64,000 bases of DNA from an uncultured cyanobacterium (GTDB lineage: Bacteria > Cyanobacteriota > Cyanobacteriia > CAKZMO01): the NCBI GenBank assembly GCA_963719515.1, contig CAVRCJ010000008.1, positions 90,911-154,910 of the forward strand, in the 5' to 3' direction. The notes under the pieces are model-generated. The model was given only the letters and a program-made list of their open reading frames with translations, did not search any database and was not told the DNA's origin. A program made the position numbers and the translations under genes. This document shows positions 1 to 9,170 of the stretch, one piece after another. Every line of letters starts with the position of its first letter. Positions within the stretch are counted from its first letter, which is position 1.

Positions 1-1438
1 CTAGCTCGGCGAGGGTTTGGGTGTCGATGCCGTTAGCGGCCAGCTCGCTCTGCAGGGCCTTATCTTCTGCTAGTAGAGCCACCTGAACTAGCGGCTGCCG
101 GTTTTGCCCCCGCCGCCGATAGCGCCCCAGCGGGTCGATATCTCCCATGGAGATCAGGCCGTCCTGCAGCATCCGGCCCAGCAGATAAAGGCTCTGTGCC
201 CACACCAGGGGCAGATTTTCGTTGGGCAGACGCTTTTGGCTGCTGGGCTGCTCGCGCTCCGCCTCGATGGCCTCTTCGGGCACGTAGTACAGCTCTGGCA
301 GCACCCGAAATCCATCTTGCTCGACAGTGATCTCGTCGAGCCGCTGCCGGTAGCGCTTAGCCGTAGGGCGATCGCCTCGGGCAATGGCGTCTAGCAGCAA
401 ATAGGTAAAAAACAGGGGCCACTCGCACTCGATATGCTCAAACTGCTTGAGTTCCGCCGGCTCGTAGTGCAGGCGCGTCACGTCCTCAATCGCGGCCTGG
501 TGGCCGTCCCGCAAAAAGCGCTTGCAGCCGTAGTAGCCCTCTAGCTTGCCCGTGATGGTATCGCGGGTCTTGTCCACTAGCTCAACGTTTTCAATAGCAA
601 AAGCCGGATAGCCGATGATGCTCAACACCGAAGCGTCGACCTCCTTGGATCCCGATTCTCTGGGCAGCAGCGACTCTAGGGTGATGCGGGCGCGGGCAAT
701 CTCATCGGGCAGCACGTAGACCACTGAAGCCGCCCCGCCCTGGATTCCAAATAGGTTAAACCCATTTAAAGCTTCCAGCGCGGCTTTGGCCATGCCCACG
801 GAGCTAGCGTTTAGCTCGGGTTTGCCGTGGTTGATTTTGTTGCCCCGCTCCCAAATACCGTAATCCGGCGTCCGATAGGCGCGCCCGATGTAGTACAGCA
901 GGTTTTGGACAAAGTTAACCTCGTCTAGGGTTTGAATGATGCTCAGCCCCGAGGCAATCATTTGGGCCAGCATCAGCAGATAAATTGAGGTGGCGTCAAT
1001 CTGCAGGTGGCCCCACTCATCGTCACCCACCACAGGATTAGCCGATAGGGGGTGGTATTTGGCGTGGAGCGAATCGATGGGGGCTTGGGTGACCTTGAAC
1101 TGCTCGACCTTGTCGGCCTGCTTCATCATGGCGTACAGCAGGCCGCGCATCAGCTTGATGGTGCTGTGCTCTAGCTCGTATCTCCGCCCTTGGTCGTTGT
1201 CGAGCTTGCGGTAGGCTAGCGCCAGCCCCCACACCGCCAGAATGCTATAGACGTTATCGCGGACCCAGGCATCGGTGTAGTCACCGTGGACCGTAACGGC
1301 GGTGCTGGCCGGAAGCAGCCCCACTAGAGGCGTCTGCTTCGCTAGTATGATCGCCTGAACCTCAGCGTAGTAGGCCTCTAGACGGTCTTGAGACGGAAAT
1401 ACTGTCGGCCAGAACTCAGATCGACGTGCGTCAGCCAT
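1..1438 (-). CDS. Glycoside hydrolase family 15 / phosphorylase kinase alpha-beta-like protein (3' end runs off the window)
   Basis: Manual translation from ATG at 1438: MADARRSEF...GLLPASTAVTVHGDYTDAWVRDNVYSILAVWGL...WGHLQIDATS, typical of cyanobacterial PhK-like GH15 proteins. It is absent from the ORF track, presumably because no stop is reached in the window. Confidence 0.88.
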   Translation of the reverse strand, partial: MADARRSEFWPTVFPSQDRLEAYYAEVQAIILAKQTPLVGLLPASTAVTVHGDYTDAWVRDNVYSILAVWGLALAYRKLDNDQGRRYELEHSTIKLMRGLLYAMMKQADKVEQFKVTQAPIDSLHAKYHPLSANPVVGDDEWGHLQIDATSIYLLMLAQMIASGLSIIQTLDEVNFVQNLLYYIGRAYRTPDYGIWERGNKINHGKPELNASSVGMAKAALEALNGFNLFGIQGGAASVVYVLPDEIARARITLESLLPRESGSKEVDASVLSIIGYPAFAIENVELVDKTRDTITGKLEGYYGCKRFLRDGHQAAIEDVTRLHYEPAELKQFEHIECEWPLFFTYLLLDAIARGDRPTAKRYRQRLDEITVEQDGFRVLPELYYVPEEAIEAEREQPSSQKRLPNENLPLVWAQSLYLLGRMLQDGLISMGDIDPLGRYRRRGQNRQPLVQVALLAEDKALQSELAANGIDTQTLAEL

Positions 1439-1797
1439 AGTGGTTGCCTAATGATACTTACACCAATGCAGTGGGTCCCTGCCTCGCCAATATGCCCAGA
1501 TGGGGTCACCAAATTTTGGCCACCCTCGAACCGAACCCTCGAACCGACGGTGCAATCTAACCCGACGAAGCGCGATCGCCTCGGGGATGTACACCGCTAG
1601 CGGACGTTTGGCAAACCAAGTGTAACCTAAAGTTATATTTGTGCAGATATTCTCTCGCAAAGAGCCGCCTGCAGAATGCTGAGGGGACGGGCACTGACGA
1701 GGTTCACGAGATTCACTGTTGCTGATGGTGTTTCGGGGGCTGAGCCCGTGTAATATGAGCGGTGAACACCGGCACCGCTGGGGCACTCTCAAATTCG

Positions 1798-2577
1798 ATG
1801 ACTAAACGACTGGAGCAACCGAGATATCTGGACGCTAGGCTGGAAATGCGGGTATTAGGACTGCCGGTGCATGTGCTTGACGACTATGCTGGCTGGCTCC
1901 TGCAGCAGATTCAGCGGGACAGCTCGGTCCATGTCGTTACCCTGAACGCTGAAATGGCGATGCAGGCCGAGGGCGATCGCGACTCTCCTGCAGGTCAACG
2001 CAATCTAGCCGACATTATCTGCGGCGCTGAGCTAGTTGTTCCTGATGGCTCTGGGGTGGTGCTCTACCTCCGACTGCGCAACCAGCGCATTCAGCGCTGC
2101 CCTGGTATCGAGCTGTCAGAGTCCCTTATCCGGCGGCTGGGGGCGTCTCCCGACCACAGCATCTTTTTCTACGGTGGCGAACCCGGCGTGGCTCAGGGGG
2201 CAGCTCAGCGCTGGCAAGCTCGCTGCCCCCAGCTCAATGTTGCTGGCGCTGAGCACGGCTACATCTCCCCCGAGGAGCAAGAGGCTCTGTGCGATCGCCT
2301 TCGCCGCGAGCAACCCGCCGTAATTTTCGTAGGCCTGGGCGTTCCTCGTCAGGAGTTTTGGATTGACCGCCACCGGCATCTATGCCCCCGCTCCATCTGG
2401 GTTGGCGTGGGGGGGAGTCTAGATATCTGGGCCGGAACTAAGGTGCGGGCACCAGCTTGGCTACGCAACAACCATTTGGAATGGAGTTACCGACTGTATA
2501 AAGAGCCCTGGCGCTGGCGACGGATGCTGGTGCTGCCTCAGTTTGCCTGGCGGGCGCTAACTGCGCCAAGACGTTAA
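1798..2577 (+). CDS. WecB/TagA/CpsF family glycosyltransferase
   Basis: Motifs VVTLNAE, PDGSG, GLGVPRQEFWI, GVGGSLD, RAPAW...LEWSYRL...P.RWRR. The ORF track starts at 1762; ATG 1798 is more likely. Confidence 0.92.
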   Translation: MTKRLEQPRYLDARLEMRVLGLPVHVLDDYAGWLLQQIQRDSSVHVVTLNAEMAMQAEGDRDSPAGQRNLADIICGAELVVPDGSGVVLYLRLRNQRIQRCPGIELSESLIRRLGASPDHSIFFYGGEPGVAQGAAQRWQARCPQLNVAGAEHGYISPEEQEALCDRLRREQPAVIFVGLGVPRQEFWIDRHRHLCPRSIWVGVGGSLDIWAGTKVRAPAWLRNNHLEWSYRLYKEPWRWRRMLVLPQFAWRALTAPRR

Positions 2578-2732
2578 GATTACCGGCCAAGTTTGGCGGC
2601 TGAGGCAGGTTGGGTACGCAATTTGCAATTAAATTGTGTAAGTGCTTGGTTATTTAACGTGCATAGTTTAAGATTCCAGAGTCAGTATCACAATCCGCTG
2701 CTGCCCAAATCGATCCATAGGTTGATTCGCCC

Positions 2733-3644
2733 ATGCCGCTCAAGACTGCCGCTGATATCCCCTCATCTGAATCCTCTGATACGGTATCTCGCTCCCGTCG
2801 GGCGGCATTTCGCCCAGCGCCTCCCATTCCTCCGCTAGCTGCGCGGCCCGAGCAATCAGCGACGCAGCCTTCCTCGGATCAAGCCTCAGAGTCGGCGCGA
2901 GGCTCAGAAGAGCGGCCCGCATCTCGGCAGGCGGCTCAACCGGTCATTCGCCTAGAGCAAGTCACCAAAACCTACGCCAACGGCAGCCTGGCGCTCAATA
3001 ACGTCAACTGGCAAATCCGCAAAGGAGACTTTTGGTTCGTTACCGGACCCTCCGGGGCCGGAAAGTCTACCCTGCTGAAGCTGCTCTACGGCGCTGAGCA
3101 ATGCTGCAGCGGCAACATCACCGTCAATGACCAATCTGTGTGCGGTCTTCGGGGCAACCGGCTATCGAAGCTGCGCCGGCAGATCGGCGTTGTCTTTCAA
3201 GATTACAAGCTAATTTCCCGGCGCACGGTGTCTGAAAACGTGGCGTTTGTACTGTGGGCGCAGGGCTTTACCCGCAAAGAGATCCGGCGGCGGCTGGTGC
3301 CTACTCTAAAAATGGTGGGCCTGCAGGATAAAGCAGACTGCTTTCCTCACGAGCTGTCGGGGGGCGAACAGCAGCGGGTGAGCATTGCCCGCGCCATCGT
3401 CAACACGCCATCCGTACTGCTGGCGGATGAGCCGACGGGTAATTTAGACGCCTACAACTCCTGGCAGGTGGTCAAAATTCTCAAGAAGCTGAATGCGGTA
3501 GGCATCACGGTGATTATTACGACCCACGATGAGCATTTGGTGCGCCTATCGGATTTCCCCGTGATGCAGCTGCGGGACGGGCGACTACATCAGATGCGCG
3601 ATTGGGAGATTGGCCGCAGTCAGTCAGCGCCGTTGTCAATATAA
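2733..3644 (+). CDS. ftsE: Cell division ATP-binding protein FtsE
   Basis: Walker [48 protein letters not shown]; low-complexity N-terminal extension. Confidence 0.88.
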   Translation: MPLKTAADIPSSESSDTVSRSRRAAFRPAPPIPPLAARPEQSATQPSSDQASESARGSEERPASRQAAQPVIRLEQVTKTYANGSLALNNVNWQIRKGDFWFVTGPSGAGKSTLLKLLYGAEQCCSGNITVNDQSVCGLRGNRLSKLRRQIGVVFQDYKLISRRTVSENVAFVLWAQGFTRKEIRRRLVPTLKMVGLQDKADCFPHELSGGEQQRVSIARAIVNTPSVLLADEPTGNLDAYNSWQVVKILKKLNAVGITVIITTHDEHLVRLSDFPVMQLRDGRLHQMRDWEIGRSQSAPLSI

Positions 3645-3705
3645 ATGCGATACGGACTGCGGCTAGGGTCAAAGGGCTGCTGGCCCCTCCGATGAGCAAA
3701 TGACC

Positions 3706-4107
3706 CTACCGGAGGCGATCGCGCAGTCGATTCAGGTGGTCGGTGGAGCTAATGGGCGATCGCGGCTGGGGAAGGTCAAAGTTTGGCCAGGTGGGCAGGT
3801 CGTTGCAGGGACAGGTTGGGGCTCCGATACCTACGGTTGCCGCTGGGACAGGCATCTCGCAGCGGGCGCAGGACTTAATATCCCAGGTCTCGCTGAGTAG
3901 ATCGGCAACAGTTTGATCCGTGCCGTCTAGGTAACAGGTGTCTTTTGAAGCCAGTGCCGTTTGCCAAAGCGCCTCAAAGGCGTCACTGTAGCGATCGCCA
4001 GAGAACACCGGCTCCGGGCGATCGCAGTCGCCTTGAGGAGAGGTGATTCCCTTACCAGCCTGGAACCAGTAGGCCAAATATTTGCGGACGTCTTGTTCAG
4101 TCGCCAT
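3706..4107 (-). CDS. Conserved cyanobacterial hypothetical protein (CxxC, CPC motifs)
   Basis: MATEQDVRKYLAYWFQAGK...CARCEMP...CPCNDLPTWPN resembles a family I recall from cyanobacteria. Confidence 0.75.
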   Translation of the reverse strand: MATEQDVRKYLAYWFQAGKGITSPQGDCDRPEPVFSGDRYSDAFEALWQTALASKDTCYLDGTDQTVADLLSETWDIKSCARCEMPVPAATVGIGAPTCPCNDLPTWPNFDLPQPRSPISSTDHLNRLRDRLR

Positions 4108-4271
4108 AGTCAGTCATCGTAGTATGGTTCTAGGAAACGTGGTGCGAACTTCTGATGCGTGCCTTCTACAATCCTAAGCATAAGTCTTAGATTTATTGTC
4201 AGGTCCACAGGAACTCTGCAGATTTAAGCTAACTTACTGCTACCCTGACAGGTGTAGCGTGGAGTAAGCCT

Positions 4272-4730
4272 ATGCCCCTGCTGTTGATTGCGGCGCTTGT
4301 CGTGGCGTTTCTCGCCGTTGTGTTTGCCTTGCAAAACTCGATTCCTGTGGAGGTCAGCCTGGGAATTTGGCAGTTTGAGGCGTCGCTGGCTATCATTTTG
4401 CTGGTTACGCTGGCGCTGGGCTTTTTCGTAGGGCTGTGCGTTGCCGTGCCCTCTTTGATTCGGCGCAATCTGCGTATCTCTCGCCAAAAGAAGCAGATTG
4501 CTCAGCTGCAAAGCGAGCTGGTGGACGCTAAGACTTCTGCCCCCAGCGAGTTTCCTGCCTCACCGATGCTGATGCCGTCCACATCGCCGCGCGCCGAAGA
4601 GCGCAGTACGACTACCCTACGAGATGCTCGGGCAACGGATATGAGAGATTCAGAGCGGGGATCAACTTGGGAGGATGCTTCCACGGATGCTCCGATTGAT
4701 GATCCAGCGGGTTCCCAGGGCTACTCTTAG
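4272..4730 (+). CDS. LapA (DUF1049) family membrane protein
   Basis: Two N-terminal TM segments with FALQN..V.V.L..W, then a coiled coil. Confidence 0.8.
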   Translation: MPLLLIAALVVAFLAVVFALQNSIPVEVSLGIWQFEASLAIILLVTLALGFFVGLCVAVPSLIRRNLRISRQKKQIAQLQSELVDAKTSAPSEFPASPMLMPSTSPRAEERSTTTLRDARATDMRDSERGSTWEDASTDAPIDDPAGSQGYS

Positions 4731-4942
4731 CCGTTTTAGTCGGGCAGTCTATGCTGTATGCAAAAAATTGAACCGCTGCAGCGTCAGGATTTGGAGGTGA
4801 TGTGCAATAGTTGTTGAAGGCATACCAATGTTGAAGGCGTACGAATTACGTAGACTTTTTAGAGCTTGACTGGGCTCTCAAGTCATTCAGCCTTTAGGGT
4901 CCACTTCACACGGCCAGCTAGCTGAGAATAGGAGTTTCCGAT

Positions 4943-5158
4943 ATGGCTTTAGATCAACTCAAGGCGTTTCTGAAGAAGATGCAGTCTGAGCCTGCGCTTA
5001 AGAGTGAGGTGCTTGCAGCATCAACTGCGGATGATATTGCGCGAATAGCGCTAAAGCTTGGTTATGAATTTTCAGGCGATGAATTATTGAGAATATCAGG
5101 CCAAAAAGTTGACGGGGTTACTGTTGTGAAAAAGCCTACTCCTGGAGAGTACAATTAA
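4943..5158 (+). CDS. Nif11-like leader-domain small protein
   Basis: QLKAFLKKMQSEPALK...IALKLGYEFSGDEL; RBS AGGAG upstream. Confidence 0.82.
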   Translation: MALDQLKAFLKKMQSEPALKSEVLAASTADDIARIALKLGYEFSGDELLRISGQKVDGVTVVKKPTPGEYN

Positions 5159-5578
5159 GCATCTCTTGAGCGTCAGATTCTAGTTCGTACTAACGTTAAG
5201 GCATAGGGGTAAAGCACAAATTTCCTAGAACATGCTGCACATCACCACGATTACTGTGGATGTACGTCCTTCCAGCCTAAATGCCGACCATCCAGCTTTC
5301 ACCGCTGGCTAGAGTTGAGCTTCGGCCTACTACGATTCCGTTGACCCGACCCTTAATAGAATTAGATCGAACCTTGGAAGTTCGAAGCAGCTCAACAACG
5401 AGTCACAAGTGTCTTGAAGTTCTTCGAAGGGCTGCTCAACAAGCAGTTGGCTGAAAGCATATCCAGACGGCCAATTATTTGCATTTTTCCAAATTGAGAA
5501 TTGCTGGCTTGCGTAAGCTTTGATGCCGTGAGGCGGGCAGAAAACGCTAAAATAGGCTCTGAAGCGACGGTACTACTC

Positions 5579-5914
5579 GTGGGTAAAAAGAAGGCTAAAG
5601 GTAAGCAGCAGTTTGGCCATCAACCGCCTCAGCACGACTTTTTTCTTAATCCTTACAGCGATGTTCGGTTCACCCGCTGCCCGAAATGCGACGGCACCAC
5701 CAAACTGAGTAAGAAGCCGCCGCTCATAGAGATGACGTGTCTGCAGCACTACCCACAGCTAATCGGTCACGATTATCTTATCGTGGGCACAATGGAGCGC
5801 AAGTCTTGGCGCGAGGGGCACCACAAAGCGTCGGACCTTTTCGAAACGCTTCACGACTTCAAGCAACATCTAGAGTTCAAGCCCGCTCGCTACAGTTGGG
5901 CTAAGGAAGGCTGA
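5579..5914 (+). pseudogene. Hypothetical CxxC protein, apparently internally deleted
   Basis: FFLNPYSDVRFTRCPKC...HDYLIVGTMERKSWRE. It seems to lack the second CxxC segment I recall in this family. Confidence 0.45.
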
Positions 5915-5918
5915 CGCC

Positions 5919-6530
5919 ATGGTTCAAGCGCAGACAACAGGTCCAATGAGCTTCGAGACATTTTTGGGGTGGTATCCCAACGATGGCCGTCGATACCAGC
6001 TAATCGAGGGAGCAGTCGTTGAAATGTTGCCAACAGGTCCCCACGAAGATGTCAGCGGTTTCTTGGCGGCAGAACTCAGCATTGCAATTCGGCAACAGGG
6101 GCTGCCCTACTCAATTCCGCGAACCTGTTTGGTCAGACCTCGTGCCGCAGGCTCTGGCTATATCCCGGATGTAGTCGTTTTAGATCGCGAAGCCTTGGGT
6201 CGTGAACCTCTTTGGCCGACAGCATCAGTAATTCAGTATGGGGGGACGGCTCCCCTAGTCATCGAGGTCGTCAGCATAAACTGGCGGGACGATTATGGTC
6301 ACAAGCTGGTCGAGTACGAAGCTATGGGAATCGCGGAATACTGGCTGGTCGATTTCCACGCCCTTGGAGCCGTACGCCACATCGGCAAGCCGAAGCAGCC
6401 CACGATTACGGTCTGCCAGCTTGAAGAAGAGTATCAGATGCGCCGCTTTGTGGCGGGCGATCGCCTGATATCGCCCGCCTTCCCTCAGCTGGATTTAGCC
6501 GTAGACGCCGTGTTTGCAGCGGCAGGCTGA
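5919..6530 (+). CDS. Uma2 family (PD-(D/E)XK) endonuclease
   Basis: RYQLIEG, PDVVV, PLVIEVVS, DYGHKLVEYEAMGIAEYWLVD, SPAFPQL. Confidence 0.92.
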   Translation: MVQAQTTGPMSFETFLGWYPNDGRRYQLIEGAVVEMLPTGPHEDVSGFLAAELSIAIRQQGLPYSIPRTCLVRPRAAGSGYIPDVVVLDREALGREPLWPTASVIQYGGTAPLVIEVVSINWRDDYGHKLVEYEAMGIAEYWLVDFHALGAVRHIGKPKQPTITVCQLEEEYQMRRFVAGDRLISPAFPQLDLAVDAVFAAAG

Positions 6531-8818
6531 TAGACCAGCACCGGCACCCGCTTATAGGCTGGCGTCTGCGATCGCGGGTCGATGTGGCCCTTCATCAGCA
6601 CGTTGGCTTCGGGGTAGAACATCAGCGCCGCCCCCTGACGCACCGCGCCGCAGATGATTTCGATGTTCTCTAGCTCGCCCGCGTCCCCCTGCACCGTCAC
6701 CCGCTGGTGGTCTTCCAGCCCCGCTTCGGCCACGTCGTCGGGGTGCATGAGGATGCAGTGGCGGTGGGGCATGCCGCGATACTTATCTGCGGTGCGGTAG
6801 ACCACGGTGTTGTGCTGGCCGTAGCCCCGGCCCGTGACCAGCGCCACCACAGCGCCTCGCGTCTCCGCTGCTGCGCCAAAATCCTGCTTGGCGGGCAGGG
6901 TGAGGGTGGGCAGCTCGGGGGTCTGCATCTGCGCTTTGCCGGAGGGGGTGGGGAAGTGGGGCTCGGTGATGATCCTGCCGCCAATGGTGAACTCCTCTAG
7001 GGTCTCGTCGATGGTGGCGATCGCCTCGTAGCCGGGCACCGTTTGGGCGATCAGCTGGCGCACGTAGTGGGTATCTTTGAGCCGCCGCCAGTCCACGGGA
7101 GAATCGCCGTGGAGACGGTGGGCGATTTCGGTGATAAAGTCCACCTCGGCCACTAAATCCGCGTCTTTGAGGTGGGTTTCCCCCGCGTCGTTGAGGCGCA
7201 CAAAGTTGTTGCCCGACTCGACGGTGGTCTGGTGGGGGTTCTCGAAGCGGTTGAACACCGGCAGCACTAGAGTATTTTGGCGGGCCAGCCCGTGGAAGTG
7301 GCCTAGGTTGGGCTTGGTGGCCAGGTAGGCGATGGTGTCGATATTGCCCAGGGCGCGCTTGGCCTGGGTGAGGTCCGGGTTGGCGGCGTAGAAGTTGCCC
7401 CCCAGGCACAGCAGGGTATCTACCTTACCGGCGTCGGCAGCCTCCACCAGCGATCGCGAGTCGTAGCCCGGATCTCGGTTGAGCGATCGCTCCAGGATTT
7501 TCTCCAGGGCTCCCCGCAGCTCTTCTTTGAGCTTGTTGAATACCCCCATGGAGCCAAAGCCCTGCACGTTGGAATGGCCACGAATCGGCATTAGGCCGGT
7601 GCCCTCGCGGCCTGCGTTGCCGCTCAGCAGGGCCGTGTTGGCGATGCCAAAGATATTGTCGACGCCATTGGTTTGGTGAGTGATGCCCATGGCCCAGGCA
7701 AACACCACGCGAGACGACTGGGCGATGATTGTGGCTGCGGCCTCGAGGTCCGCCTGCGAGACGCCGCAGGTGCTGGTGATCTCCTCCCAGCGGGTTGTCT
7801 GCACCTGCTCCACCACCGCTTCCCAGTTCTCCGTGTGGGCCTGCAGGAAGGGCTTATCGATGCGATCGCGCTCCACCAGAGCCTTTTGAATGCCCATCAG
7901 CAGCGCCAGATCGCTGCCGGGCACAGGCTGCAAAAACAGATTAGCGATGTCTGACCCCGGCACTAGGGATTTGAGGGGAAAGGCCGGGGAGCCGAACTTC
8001 ACAAGGCCAATCTCTTTGACGGGGTTGACGACAATGACTTTTCCGCCCCGGTCCCGTAGCTTGATCAGCTCGTTTAGCAGGCGGGGATGGTTGGCGGGGG
8101 CGTTGGACCCCAGCAGCACCACGCAGTCCGACTGCCGCAGACTAGCCAGGCTGACCATAGAGGTGCCGCTGCCGAAGACCTCTTTGAGGGCTATTGAGGA
8201 GGGGCGATGGCAAAGGTCAGAGCAGTCCGCTAGGTTGTTGGTGCCCAAGGCCCGCATCATCAGCTGCAGCAAAAACGCCGCCTCGTTAGAAGAGCGCCCC
8301 GAGCTGTAGGAGGCGACCCGCTCTGCGGGCTTGCGAAAGGACTCTGCCACGAGGTCATACACTTCAGGCCAGGAAAGCCGCTCGTAATGAGACTGGCCCG
8401 CCCGCAAAATCATCGGCACGGTCAAGCGCCCCAGCCGGTCTGCCTCGCGGGAGGTCAGCTGCTGCAGTTCGTCAATGCTCCGCTGCTCGAAGAACTGCGG
8501 CTCCACTCCCGCCATCAGCTCGGCTTTGATGGCCTCCATACTTTTGGCGCACCGCTGCAGCCCTTCGTCCAGCTCGTTTTTAAACCCACCCTTTTGTCCA
8601 CCGGTGCCCCAGGCGCAGGAGAGGCAGGCGCTTTTCTTGAAGATCACCTCCCAGGCTCTGGGTCCCTGAGTATCCAGCGTGTATTTGGCCCATTGTTTGA
8701 TCACGGGCAGGCCGCCGCCAATGTCGCGACCGGGGTGCTCGTCGCTGGCGTGGTCTGCGTCGGTTCCGGTTGCGTCAGCTGGGGTTGCGTTCGGAGTGTT
8801 TACAGGGTCGAGGTCCAT
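6485..8818 (-). CDS. FdhF/YdeP family molybdopterin oxidoreductase
   Basis: CLSCAWG, YSSGRSSNEA, NNLADCSDLCH, PIRGHSNVQG, C-terminal YPEANVL...DPRSQTPAYK. Convergent 46-bp overlap with the Uma2 gene. Confidence 0.92.
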   Translation of the reverse strand: MDLDPVNTPNATPADATGTDADHASDEHPGRDIGGGLPVIKQWAKYTLDTQGPRAWEVIFKKSACLSCAWGTGGQKGGFKNELDEGLQRCAKSMEAIKAELMAGVEPQFFEQRSIDELQQLTSREADRLGRLTVPMILRAGQSHYERLSWPEVYDLVAESFRKPAERVASYSSGRSSNEAAFLLQLMMRALGTNNLADCSDLCHRPSSIALKEVFGSGTSMVSLASLRQSDCVVLLGSNAPANHPRLLNELIKLRDRGGKVIVVNPVKEIGLVKFGSPAFPLKSLVPGSDIANLFLQPVPGSDLALLMGIQKALVERDRIDKPFLQAHTENWEAVVEQVQTTRWEEITSTCGVSQADLEAAATIIAQSSRVVFAWAMGITHQTNGVDNIFGIANTALLSGNAGREGTGLMPIRGHSNVQGFGSMGVFNKLKEELRGALEKILERSLNRDPGYDSRSLVEAADAGKVDTLLCLGGNFYAANPDLTQAKRALGNIDTIAYLATKPNLGHFHGLARQNTLVLPVFNRFENPHQTTVESGNNFVRLNDAGETHLKDADLVAEVDFITEIAHRLHGDSPVDWRRLKDTHYVRQLIAQTVPGYEAIATIDETLEEFTIGGRIITEPHFPTPSGKAQMQTPELPTLTLPAKQDFGAAAETRGAVVALVTGRGYGQHNTVVYRTADKYRGMPHRHCILMHPDDVAEAGLEDHQRVTVQGDAGELENIEIICGAVRQGAALMFYPEANVLMKGHIDPRSQTPAYKRVPVLVYQPAAANTASTAKSS

Positions 8819-9170
8819 GAGGGTTGCGGTGTCCTAACGGCAGAGCGGTCGAGCGCTATAGGGCTAGAGGTTCACTTTCCGGGCGCGGGGACGCGAATCT
8901 GCCCAGCTTTATCCAGAGTTACCTTAGCCTAGCTCTCTTTATTGCAGCATTATCCCTATCAAAACGACTCCTGCGCATCGTTCGCGGTGATGAGGCCCTA
9001 CGCAATATTCGGCAATACAGCGTTCAGCGATACAGCGTTCAGCGATACAGTCGGGCAAATTCGCGATCGCGGTGGAGGTACCGATTCCGTGTGGGCGATC
9101 CATAAGTTCTCGTGAAGCCAAGGGGCGTCTCTGTTACAACAAAGAGGTTGAGGTTTGCTGAGCGTGCCCT

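Noticed and set aside
4943..5158. Nif11-type RiPP precursor cluster
   Set aside because: No Gly-Gly cleavage site, no Cys/Ser-rich core, and no modifying enzyme or peptidase transporter nearby.
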